From Lepidodermella squamata (lineage: Eukaryota; Animalia; Gastrotricha), in contig JBLDXI010000019.1 in the NCBI GenBank assembly GCA_047495785.1, positions 1,178,001 to 1,242,000 of the forward strand: a stretch of 64,000 bases of DNA. The letters run 5' to 3'. The translations under genes and the position numbers were made by a program. Positions 13,803 to 26,220 of this stretch are shown here, piece after piece (positions within the stretch are counted from its first letter, which is position 1; the number at the start of each line of letters is the position of its first letter). Below the pieces are notes generated by a model. It was not told the origin of the DNA. It saw only the letters and a program-made list of their open reading frames with translations, and did no database searches.

Positions 13803-16800
13803 ATGGCATCTGGGCGCATATCGACATGTCGCCCTTTTGTTATTTTGCCGATAATTTTGGCACTCTCATCCGCGCAGCAAAGTAAGTCAAATTCTCTCTC
13901 GTTTTTCAGAATTGACAAGATTTATCTCACAGACTGTGGTCCTGATAAATACCGATGTTCGACGGAAAACGGGAATGCAGGGCGATGCATTCCGCTGGCA
14001 TGGTAATATTGAGTTTACCAATTGGAAAATGTTTGAAAGCCTGAATCATGTATAGGCGATGTGATGGCGAAGCTGACTGCCCGTCTAAGGATGACGAGTT
14101 GAATTGCCGATTGGAGGATGAACTAGCGACGATAAATCCTGGAAATAATCCCTACAACGCTTATCCAACTGTCACGACGCCAAAAATAGGTAAGCATCGG
14201 GTGCAATCCGCATATAAGAAGTGTTTCCCTCCCGTGTTTATTACATCTTTTTCTGCGGAGTTGATCGGGTAATATTCACTCTGGATGGTCACTCTGGTTA
14301 TTCAGAGAGATGTGTTTACACAAAAATTACAACCGTATTCAGGTTAAACCAGGCTGTTATAGTATGAATCATGCCGCTTGGTTTATCATGACTCATCATT
14401 TTTTCGTCCGGATATAGTTGTTTACCATTTTGATTATGCCGTTCATAACGATTTCTAGGCGATAGCATAAGAAACCACTCCATTACTAATTTAGCAAGCG
14501 ATTTTCTGACAGGCCACATTAGCATTGCGGTATCCCTAGCAATGTTGATTCCTATGTGCATATTTTTTACAGGAATGATCCCAGTCTAGATCGAGAGAAA
14601 GTTAACAAGGCCTGTTTTACATGCTCACGTAAAAGTTTCATCATTGCCAAATGGCGAGATATACAATCGGGTTATAAAAAATCAGACGATACTCAATAAA
14701 AAAGTTCCCTTCCCGTTTTTTTCTCATCGCACTTTCCGGGCGTTTACCGAAGAATAACTAACGCTACGGGCCAATTGGATACTTTTTGTTAAGGCGCATT
14801 CCGAGGATTTATTTATTTACCATATCTTTATCAAAACAATTAAGAGGCCTGCCTAATTGTATTAATATGATGTTGATAGAAGAAGTGTCCAAGCGGAACA
14901 GATCTATTGCCTATATGGTCTGCATTTTTTCCGTCCTATCGCTATTTCGATGATTATCGCTATATCCATATGCGCGAACGTAGGTTTTTTCTACCGGTGA
15001 ATATATTCAAAGAGTAAGAGCGTATTTTCCTATATTGCCTTGCGTCACCCGACAGCATGTGTTCAAACAAGAAACCTGGAGATAAAAAATCATGCGTACC
15101 TTAATACCATCATTTTTTTATCGCTGCGACCACCATGCCATGCCGCAAGCTAGTTTTTTTCTTAATTTGCGTAGGTATGTTTTATCCGGTCGTGCCCAAG
15201 ACTTACCGGCTTAATGGCTCGCGCGTGTCCATTCGGCTAATTACTTATCCTTAAAATGTGACCGTTCATTGTTTTATCATCTCTTTGTCATTTTTCATCC
15301 GAAATCGTTCCGCATGATTGTAATTAATCCCTGAGTAAACTTAGTTACCCTATTGATATTAGGAATGGCTTCTCTAATATAAAAAAAATCTTCAGATTTA
15401 TTTAGTTCAATGGAAACAGTATGAGGAAGAAATTATTAATTGATCCGTTCGCAAGAATATTCCCCTTGCTAATTGTTATTGGCATTTGTTTTTTGTCTCA
15501 TGCGGCATCTGCGAACTCCAATGCTAAATCATCGCTGCCTGCAGTTAATCACAATGGAACGACCACTGTAACGGTGACATTGGTACCTTGCACAGGCGAC
15601 AATTGCTCCACAAATGGATCCTCCGAGGCCATCGATGACCAAATGGCTGGCATGTGTGCAGCCAACGAATTTCAGTGCGCAACTGGAGACCACCCAAAGT
15701 GCTTTCCAGCTGAATACCGATGTGACCATGAATTTGATTGTGCTGACGAGAGCGATGAAGCTGGCTGTTTTCCTGAAAATGAGGCCAATATAGCTAAGCG
15801 TGAGTGTTTCTGAATATTTTTACCTTTTCACTTGATATGCCATGCTTTTATAGAAATCGTATGCTCACCGGTGGACTATGACCCTGCCAACAATTCAGTG
15901 CCTGCTTGTGAAGACGGGATCCCATCAGCTAAATGCCATTTCACTTCAGATCTTCACGTTCGCGCAGACGGCGCTGAACATGCTTCAAACTCGACTAAAA
16001 GATCTGCTGTTGTTGCAAGTGATTCCAACACCAACACTACCTGCACATGCGCTCTTGGGCTCATGGGAACGTTCATCAGCCGAAAGGATGGCTCTGTCGT
16101 CAATGCTTCGACTCCGGATGCGCACTATGTATGCATAGACGAAGATGAATGCCCGATCGCGGATTGCAGTCAGCATTGCGTCAACACATTCGGATCTTAC
16201 CGTTGCGAATGCGCCCAGGGCTATCATTTGTCCCCCGATGGCCATACTTGTAAGGCCTATGGTGGCAGCATGGTCATAGTTTTCTCGAATGGCAGCGACA
16301 TCTTCATCTCGAACAGCAACACTCAAACGGCAGTAATCACCAAGCTTGCTGGCGCTGACGACCTAGCTATGGAGTATTCGCGCAATTTGATTTATTGGAG
16401 CGATTCTGTGTCGCGAAGAATTCAGCGTAGTAGTGCGCCGTTATCAAAGCCAGCGCCACCGGCTGCTGACCAAAAAGTCGACGTAATTACAACCGACATT
16501 GTTTCACCCACCGGTTTGACTGTAGACTGGGTGAGGCGTTTGCTTTTTTGGGTGGACAGCGGTAGGCTTTTGATAGAGGTCGCCGATCTCAGTCTGCCAA
16601 ATGTCCTACGTCGTGCCATTATTTGGGAAGACGTCGCTCGACCGAAGGATATCGTTTGCCACCCTCTGCTTGGCTATCTTTTCTGGGCTGAATGGGGTAT
16701 GGAGCATCACCGGCCTAGGATAGGTTAGTTTTCTTCTGCCGAAAATTTGCGAATAGGTAATGAAATTGTGTTTAGAGCGAATAAATATGGATGGCAGCGA

Positions 16801-19800
16801 TGCTCTCATGGTTGCCCACAAGCAGGTTTATCGACCAACCGGGCTTGTCATCGACTTTGCAACAGATCGAATTTTTTGGATCGATGCTGAAAAGCTATCG
16901 CTCGAGTCATGTGACCTCAATGGCAGAAATCGGTTATCTGTCGTACCGGAGAAACGCCGAAATTCCCCGTTAGCGCATCGCCTATTGCAGCCAATATCTC
17001 TTGGGTTGTTCGAAGATTTCGCTTATGTTAGCGATCTTGCAGAACGAGCCGTTTTCAGTGTGCGAAGGCAACCGCCTCCTCGAGAATTAAGTGACGTCGT
17101 GATAAAGCCTTTCACCAACTCTCATAGCTATAGCAAAATCGGTTCTCTTCTCGTCTCTCATAATTCATCTCAACCAAACTTTCAAATTTCACATTGCGCT
17201 GGTAAAACCCTATAAATTCTATTACAAATCATACCATGTTGAATTCATTTTTTCCACAGCATTTGGTCTCAATTGCAGCCATCTTTGTCTGCCTATAGGC
17301 AAGAATGCGTACACTTGCGCTTGCGCCACAGGTACGAATGGCTTACTTATTTATATGAATTCTTCATTAAATTAATATCCAGGGTTCGTCCTGCAGCGTG
17401 ACAATCGCACTTGTCTACCTCCCGATCCTTCAATCGGTTACATTTACCTACAATTTGAACAGCGGCTTTCCCGTATATCTCTTGCTGGACCTGACTACGT
17501 CGACAGGACTTTCTTCTCGCTTGCTGGCAAAGACGATAGCCGAATCACTGCCTTCGATATCGACCTCGCATCGTCAACTTTCTACTTCGCAAAGCGATAC
17601 GCTGCTGACCAAATGCTTTCATTATACGCCTCAAATCTACCTGTTATCGGATCTGCAATTCTACCCAATACTAGTTTCATCGCTACCTCTCCTCCGCGAC
17701 ATGTTTTGACCCTTGGAACTGACCACTCTGCAACCGGCCATTTCGAAGTTGCTGTCGATTGGGTCACAGGAAACATCTACCTCCTGCTATCAGCGACGGG
17801 CCGCATCGAGGTTGTATCGCCATCACTAGTGACAAACAATAAAACTGGCTACCGCGCTGTAGTAGTTTGGAGCCTGATTTCAAAAGAAGCCCATTGCCTT
17901 TCACTCCACCCACAGGATGGTTTCATGTTTTGGATTGACTTAGCTCCTTCGACAAACATAGCACAATCCGTTAGCCGTGGAACCAACCCTTCTGGTGAGA
18001 GCTACTACATAAGTAAGATTTCCCACTGACATTTTGTAGGTAATAGCTAATTTTGTTCCATCTGAAATTAGTTCGAGGTGGCTTGGATGGGTCGAGGCTG
18101 ACCAAGTTTTTGGAAATTGGTCCTGCTAGCAACGTTATCTCTCATCGCCCCAACTTGGTAGTAACTGCGGATCGCCTGTTCTGGACATCGGAGAAAAACC
18201 GAGCGATAATTTCCGTCAAACTTGACGGAACAGACAAGCAAGTGCACATCGAATCAGAAAGCCGCCAATCAACCCTGTTAGCTGCAGCATTGCCAGTGCT
18301 TGGTGGTGGTGATCACACTGCTAACAAGTTTTACTTCTACGATTCCGCTGAGTCAACGCTATTTTCATCGTCTCTAGCGCGCAATTTCAGCACCTTGCGT
18401 ATTAGACATATGCTTCAAGGATTGCGTGGAATGAAGATTCCCAAGCCAACATCGGCACCTGTTAACAATCCTTGTAAGCTGAATACATGCTCCCATTTCT
18501 GTTTGCTGTCACCCGATGTCATCGGCTATCGCTGCGCATGCTCTGTCGGATACACTCTGCAGCAAGATGGAACGTCGTGCACTCGAAATTTTGACAACCT
18601 ACTGCTTGTAGCTCACGGCCAAGGCGATTTACTTCAGATTGATCTTACTGCCCCTTATTCTGTCAGCCTACCCCTACCCTTATACCCATCGCCGCAGAAC
18701 GTAGTCGCTGTCGCAAGCAATCCTTCACAGAACAGTGTTTGCTGGGCCGACAACGGCCGAAAACTGGTGGCTTGTTCAGGGCCGGGTTTAGATACAAGCT
18801 CTTCTGCGTCCGATGTTGTCGCCACTGAGCTAGACTCGGTGGAATCCATAGCATATGGTAAATTTTCACGCGAATAATTTCGGACATCTAATCATGCGTT
18901 TCCTCATCTTTCATTTATTCAGACTACCTTAACAAAAACTTATACATGGCTGACACTGTGAAACCACAAATCGCCGTTGTTCACGTCCCTTCAGGACAGC
19001 TCCGTATTCTGCTCATGCGCTTCACGATAAATCAACCCCGGTCATTGGCGCTTTCACTTCATACAGGGTATGGTTTTCCTAAAATCTGCAACAATGTCTC
19101 TATGATATTTTCCAAATTTCAGGCATCTATTCTGGTCAGAATGGAATGCAGCTGGTACTACCGTTGGAGGCGCTAGGATAGGTCGAGTAGACATGGATGG
19201 CTCCAACGCAATTACTATTGTCGACCAGGCACTTGGATTGCCGCAGGGTATTACCGTGGATCCACTACGTAAGAGAGTCTTCTGGGGAGACACTCATCTC
19301 GGGGGACGAATCGAGTCATGCGATTTTGAAGGTGAAGAGCGTTCCATCTTTTTGCCCAACGTAAATCCTCACGGTCTCGTCGTTGTTGGGAGCGATCTTT
19401 ACTGGACCGACCCGGAGTCACGGGCGATTCGTTCAAGCAAAATTCCTGAATCCTTCACCTCTAAATCAACTACCCCATCATCAGCAGATATGACATCGAA
19501 AGCTGCGGAAAACAAGTCATACGGCAGCAAAGACGCTGATATGAAAACCATTGTTTCGGACACTAAGAATCTTTTCGGTCTTAGCACCATATCGAAATCC
19601 GGCTACAACTCCGAGCATCAGTTGACTTCTTGTGATATTCCTTGCATTGGATTGTGCTTGAGACGTCCCAACGGCCACCGATGTCTGTGCCCGACCGGGT
19701 TTCAACCCACCCCAAATGCTGCTAGTTGTCAACCGGTTGCCAATCAGATTGTCCTGATAGTTGGTGAATCAGCGGCTTCCCTGATTTTTCTCGGAGATCT

Positions 19801-21280
19801 CAGCACTTCGGATATCTCTCAGAAACAGATATCAGCTAAGTTTCCCGCTGTTGTTTTACGCCGTCCGGCCGAACAACAGATTATGGACGCTGACCTTGAC
19901 TGGAATTCCATCAACAACCCGCTGTATTATGCTGTCAAAACTTCTGCAGCTAGCATCTTGTACCGAACCCATCTGAGCGGAGGATTCCGGCAAGAGAAAC
20001 TTCTGTCAGTAGCCAACGCCACAATTTTATCAATTGCCGTTGATCCAATATGTGCCAACATTTATTGGTTCGAATTCAGGTGGTCAACTACATTGACTTA
20101 CCTTCGCGTCGCAAACATGAAAAAACTAATGGCACGAACCTTGTTAACCAGTGGCTTCGAGCAGCCGAAGGATTTGACCGTACATCCCCACCGAGGTCGT
20201 TTATTTTGGATCAATGTTGCAGGCCCAGCTGCGATTGAGTCATCACTAGGCGATGGAACCGAACGACGCGTTTTAGTGCCTCGCGATGGCGGATCACCCG
20301 CCTCGCTTAGTCTTGATGTCGTGAATAATCTTCTTTATTGGACAGATTTATTGACGACATCGCTTCACGTCTGCGATCTAAACGGCCGAATGCTCCAGAC
20401 TATTAACAGCGGTGTCGCCCGACAGGCCTTTGTGTTGGCCGTGTCGCCTACTCATATTTTCTGGTCTTCGAACAAAGGACAATCGATCAATTACGCCCTT
20501 AAAGCGTCAGTAGCTAACAGCGTCGGGCAAGCGCCAGGGCGCCTCACGGAAATGCATCAAAGCGTTTTGGGCATCGGAATTTACAACCAACCCGCCCTGG
20601 CTACCGCTGATCCACCTCAATTCGCAACTATCTGCGCTAATAGCTGTGCATTCATCTGCCTTCGTAAAGGCGAGTCGCAGTTGGTTTGCTCCTGCCCCGA
20701 CAAGGACGCGTCGTGCCCTGCTGATGGAATTTTGAATGCATCAACGGTTAATCAGTCGCCTCAGAGCAGACTTGAACAAACCACCTTAATACCGGGTGCA
20801 GAAACTGCCCCATCGTCGCAATCCCTCCTGGCTCTTATTGGAGTCGCGATAATCTTCGGCTTCGTTGTCGTAGTTGTGATCATCGTTGTATGCAGGCAAC
20901 GCTGGCGGCATCATCACCCTCGACACCGGTCTAGAAGTCGCAGTGACAGCGTCATGTCAGTTTTATTGTGCGACCCTTGTCTGTGGAACGGTTCAAGCCG
21001 CCAAGACAGAGCCCGCTCAACGTCTCCTCATGCAAATTTGACCAGCACAATATCTGGAAATTTTCACGGACAAGACGACGATCCAAGCCTTGCTTTAATG
21101 ACTGTTACAGGCGAGAAAATTGACAAGGGCGGATCGGATGAGAATAATACTGGCGAATCGTCGGGTGGGACGAGGAACCAGCGACCGCAACGGCAAAGCC
21201 AAACTGTCGTTAGTCTAAGATTCGACGCGACCGATGGCGGAGATAACATTACGGTCAAGCGGGTCGAAACTGTACTATGA
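13803..21280 (+). CDS. LDL-receptor-related protein, LRP4-like (LDLa, EGFs, four YWTD propeller/EGF modules, TM, PDZ-type C-terminus)
   Basis: LDLa 'CIPLAW|[17 protein letters not shown]' and '[23 protein letters not shown]'; cbEGF 'DEDEC...[12 protein letters not shown]'; many YWSD/FWVD/YWTD repeats; TM '[23 protein letters not shown]'; ends VETVL. Confidence 0.88.
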
Positions 21281-22328
21281 TCGCGGCACTGCTGCTGCGT
21301 GCGTTCGTCAGGCTCTGTGATATTTGCCAATGCTATGCGACTGATGGAAGCCTTGGAAAGGTTTTACCTGGAAGCTCGAATTCAACAAATACCTGACTGC
21401 CATATTTTCACCTAAAACACTATTATCTACCTTATCGTCATTTTTCATTGACATCTTTTTCACGGTCAAAAGCTTTGCTAAAGACTTCCAGCTGAAAAAA
21501 ACAAAGAAATTTTGTTCGTAATATACATCAATCTGGTGCTGTCGGTTGTGGTCATTCAGATGTTCATGACAATTTTTGAAACTTTCTTTGCGCGATCATA
21601 ATCATTGTGTAAATGTTGACAGAATTCGATTTTAATAAAAAAATACACAAATTTTCCTTAGAATGGCATATTTTTATTAATTATTTTCAAGCTCACACCA
21701 AACTAAATGCGTTATCAGCTGTTATCATAATAATTATTTTTATAATTATTAATAATAATAATATGCTTTGATAAAAGTTCATTCATCCCAAAAGTAGGTA
21801 TTACTCACTTGTCACGCGGAATTATCATAAATAGCAGTGCACATCGAGCCCCATGGGTTTTTATCGTCATTTTATAAAATTAACTTCAAAACAGACTAAT
21901 TCGCTCAGATTTAAACACGCGTCATCCCAAGAACTTTGCAATAAATAGTCAGCAACCACTTTTTTAGTCTTAGCGACCTCACAAGTCAGTTCATTAACAT
22001 TAAATAAGCCAGTAAGCTTGGAATGAATTAAAGGCTATCAACGTATATTCTATTTTTCATAATTTCAAGGGCGTATTACATTTATAATAAAGATTGCAAT
22101 ATTAAAATAACATTCGACCGCTCGAACGTCAATTAGGCAGATCTTGTGGCCTGTCTATAAATATTGCTTGATTCGTTCGAAATTGCGAAGAAATTTTAGC
22201 CAACAATTTGGTCGGGTCGTCACATATAGAATCCAAGTTCCCTCGATAGATCAACTAGAAGTATGCTGCTGTTATACAATATGTGCAAAAGAACGAAAGC
22301 TTGAAAGATGCTGTCCATTGCCGATCGT

Positions 22329-24237
22329 CTAGTAGTTACCAAACGTGTCCTGGTAAAAAAAATAACGCAAAATTAGCAACTTATCATGATAGATACATTC
22401 AGACATTCTACTTGAGACAAAATAACTGAACGTAACTGATCACGTAACTAATAATCCAAATTACACCCTCAACCAAAGCGTGGCTTCCGCAAACATACCG
22501 GTGAAAACGTAGCTCTACTTCATTTTTTACTCTAATGAAGGATGTGAGATAAAGCAAAAATTAGTAGTGGAATTTCTTATTTACAATGGTAATGCCAGCT
22601 GGTTATTGGCTCTAATGACATACCTGCCACGATGACATCATGCTTGACGCGGCGGACGATAGTTTACCGGCCACTTTGCCCACTGCGACTTTGGCCGAGT
22701 CTCTGATTTCGCCCAGATCAGGACCTTCCATGCCAGGTCTGGCTGGCGGCCGGCCAGTGTTGAAGTAGTCGTCGCTAGAAATAGCCTGGTTGCTCGAGAA
22801 ACGTGTCATCGCGTCGGCGTTTGACGTGTTTCCGTAAGAGTTTGATCCAGATCCAGAACCAGAACCAGAACCGTTTGAGCCAAAATACTAGGTGAAATAA
22901 AGTTCAATGCTTATCAATTTTTATACATTCTTATCAAAAGGTTTACCTGTGCTGATGAAATGCTACGCGCATTGCCAAATCGCTTTTGAGCATCCTCCGC
23001 AGAATTGGATGAGAATGAAGAAGATGGCGGAGCTCGAGGCTGTGATTGGCTTGTTCCGCGCCGTTCGAAATCAGAGAAAAAAGCGTCTGTCGACTCGTTG
23101 GTGCGGCCGCGAGATGAAGCTGAGCCTCCTGTTGGTTGGTTCATGTCGCGTAAACCATCGCCAATGGAGTGGCTAATCAACGGGGCAGCTGTTGCCGGGT
23201 TCGCTTTAGCGGTCGGCGCCACGGCGGCAATGCCAAGACGCTCCGCCTGCTCTGCTCTTTTTGCGTCAGCACCGCCCAGGTCTGACTGATAAGCCAGTCG
23301 AGCGAAACTTGCTTTGTTATCTTTGCTTTCGGATGTATCTATCCTCGCTGTGCCTAATTGAGCCGCAAGAGCTTGAACAGTTGGAGCCTCCTTAACTGTA
23401 GCAGCTTCGGTAATAGCAGCTTCAGCGTCAGCCTTTGTGATTTTCGCAGCACCAAGACCAGGCTTCTTCGCAGGAGGAGCAGCTTTGCGGGCACCAATGA
23501 GCTTCGACTTAGTCTCAGCGGCCGGCTGGATCACATCATCGCTACCAACGACGTGTTGAACGTTGGGACCAGGCAAGTTCTCAGAACCTTTGTCCGCAAA
23601 TCGAGCTCCTGCATTAACTGGTTCAAGCACGACTGGTTTACTATCAATGATCGCTTGTTCGAAAAAGTTCTCCTGCTTCTCCTCGGACTGAGAACCTGAC
23701 GAATGATGGCCAAGAAACTTGGCAATTTGTTGAGCTTGATCTGGTTCTCGTAGCGCACGTTGCACGAGCTGGCTTAGGCGATCCCGATACAACTGAGCAG
23801 CTTTGCTATTGTATTTTCGCTGAGCGTCTGTAGAAGAGCTGTTGTGCTCAGAAAAGAATGAAGCCTGAAAATGAATAAACCATACACATGGAAATATTAA
23901 TTTATGAGATAGAATTACGGCATTTGCATTTCCTCCCAGTTGCATAGCTTTCAACTGCGGCCAGGACCAATTGGAGTCAAGATTTGTTGACTTGACGAAG
24001 CTCAAATGGACACCGAGGGAGCGATGAATAGCAGAACAATCGATGCATACAAATATTCCATAAGTTATACTAGCCCAAGTAGGTGTTCCAGCGCCGCAAT
24101 CAAAACAAGTCTTTAACAGAATTACGTGATAAAACTATTAAAAAGAACAATCAACTCCAGCTAACCCTGTTCGTTTGTAAAGTGCTGAGCCGCTTGAACC
24201 ACTGCTCGACTTCGGTTTTGGTCGGAGGCGAGTCCAT
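22329..24237 (-). CDS. ARFGAP2: ADP-ribosylation factor GAP 2/3 (Glo3 type)
   Basis: Zinc finger [48 protein letters not shown]; 'KPGLGA'; Glo3 repeats '[17 protein letters not shown]' and 'AISSDDYF'; last exon DTFGNY*. Cannot separate ARFGAP2 from ARFGAP3. Confidence 0.93.
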
Positions 24238-24339
24238 TGGAAACGTACCCAAATTTAATGCTTATCAATAAATAATGTCTATGTAAGTGTGAGGGTTAAG
24301 AGTTATTAGCATTCCAAAACACATACCGTATTTTACGAA

Positions 24340-24735
24340 TTATTAGGCAGGACCCAAAAATAGGGCAGAGCCGGAATAAAGAGCAGAGGGTAATGGTCAT
24401 TTGAAATAATAAAGGGCAGAACCGTATTAATAGGCAGGGCCTTGTATGTGGCTTACACGAGCGCCTGCTGGGTAATTGGTTAAAGTTGGATAAGTTGCAT
24501 TTTTTCGTCAGAAAGTGCACTAATCGTCCTTTATCCACCTTAATCCACTTGAGCAAACACTTCACGCGTGTAGTCATGGGTGCCACGGGTGGAAGGCAAT
24601 GGCTATAGTGGTTATTCGGCGGTTTTGTCTTTTGATCTAAATACTCTTCAGGTGACTGATTGGGTTCGAAAAATTAAAGGGCAGAAGGGCAGGACTTGAA
24701 CCTCGTTTGAAAAAAATACTCGGCAGGGTCTTATA
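24340..24735. repeat. Cluster of dispersed (G)GGCAG motifs in AT-rich context, upstream of ARFGAP2/3
   Basis: taggcagga, tagggcagagccg, aagggcagaaccg, taggcagggcctt, aagggcagaagggcagga, cggcagggtctt, all on the same strand. Confidence 0.4.
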
Positions 24736-26220
24736 TATGGTATATGCATATTCGTAAAATATGGTAATTAGCAAAATATTTACGGAGAATAGACGGTTAA
24801 AGCAGAGAAGCCGATCCCCGATTGACCAAATTGTCAATACAGTCAGTAAAATACAGTCAGTATTTTATGATTGAAAAGGTATACATGTTTGAGACATGCA
24901 ACTTTGCGTATTATTTCAGATTTTGCATGTTGCATGGGCTCTCGTAAAAATATATTAATATCGACATTTTAAGCGATCAGCAGGTCTATTCAAAACTAAG
25001 CAACCGGTCGACAGATGGAACATTACTCGCTTCACGATTTCGCGCGTCATCCTTGCGCTGGAGCAAGGCTTACCTTCTCTGTAAAAAATCTCAAATCTCA
25101 AATCTTTTATTGTTTACCGTTCGCTTTGCACCTATTATTAGTCATAATGTTTACAAAATTCAGAATCTGTAGCGATCCAATATTAGTTTACGCTAATATG
25201 AAGACTGGTACCTGGTATGGAACATTACTCATTGCTCATTGCTCTGGATCTGGGTCAACAGACAGCTTCATCGCAACACAAAATCGGATCGGATCGGAAC
25301 GGCAGACGAAAATGATCCGGCTGCCGCCGCATACCGCGTCATTGCCTTTTTGAAGATGACATACATTTTATTTTATCTCGAAGAATATTTTTTGCTAATA
25401 ATTTTATCATTTCTGCAACATTTTTATTTTTTTTAGTTACCAAAGCGACGCGAGGATTCACAGGTTCCGGAAGGAATCGTTTTTGATGGAATATCCTCAG
25501 AGCGTGGTGACTCAGTTCTAACGGATCTATCAAACGGATTCCCAAGCATATCGTTGTTCAACTCGCGATTGTGCTTATAAACCCATTGCTCCGCCCATTC
25601 ACCAGACTTATTTATCAATATTAAAATCTTCAGAATGGAGAGTGGAGACTAAGTATGTAGCTGCTGAAACATTACTAAAAGCAGGACGAGGCAGCAAATT
25701 GATTTTGTTGAAAAAGAGTTCACTTTATTCTTCATTTTAATTCACTTTCACTTCACTTCGGCGCTCTGATTTGCGCCAGTTGGAGACCGCCCAAGCTCAA
25801 ATCCAACCTATAAATACACACACATGCATTCGAACGAAATTCCTCGGGCATTGCCATTTACCCTAAAAATGATAGTATTACGAATCAATGGAGGGGCGGT
25901 ATTGAGGTTGTTCACTGAAGGCTATGTACCCTCCAGCTGATCAATTACAGTTAATTTTATTCATTGTCGTATTATCCATAATTCCTATATGCATACAACA
26001 TGAATTTATCTTGTAGTTTCGGAAGCCTTGTTGTAAATGCATCTATTTACTTATGTTCCATCGCGACACGGCATGTAGTGTCCGTGATTCAGCTGAATTT
26101 CCAGATTTACCCTTGAAATAATTATATCTGATATTTTTCAATTTTAAACCCCCCAATGTCACGTGCAATTATTTTAGTATAGGTAGTTGCAATAAAATTC
26201 ACCAACATTAAAGTTCCGCA

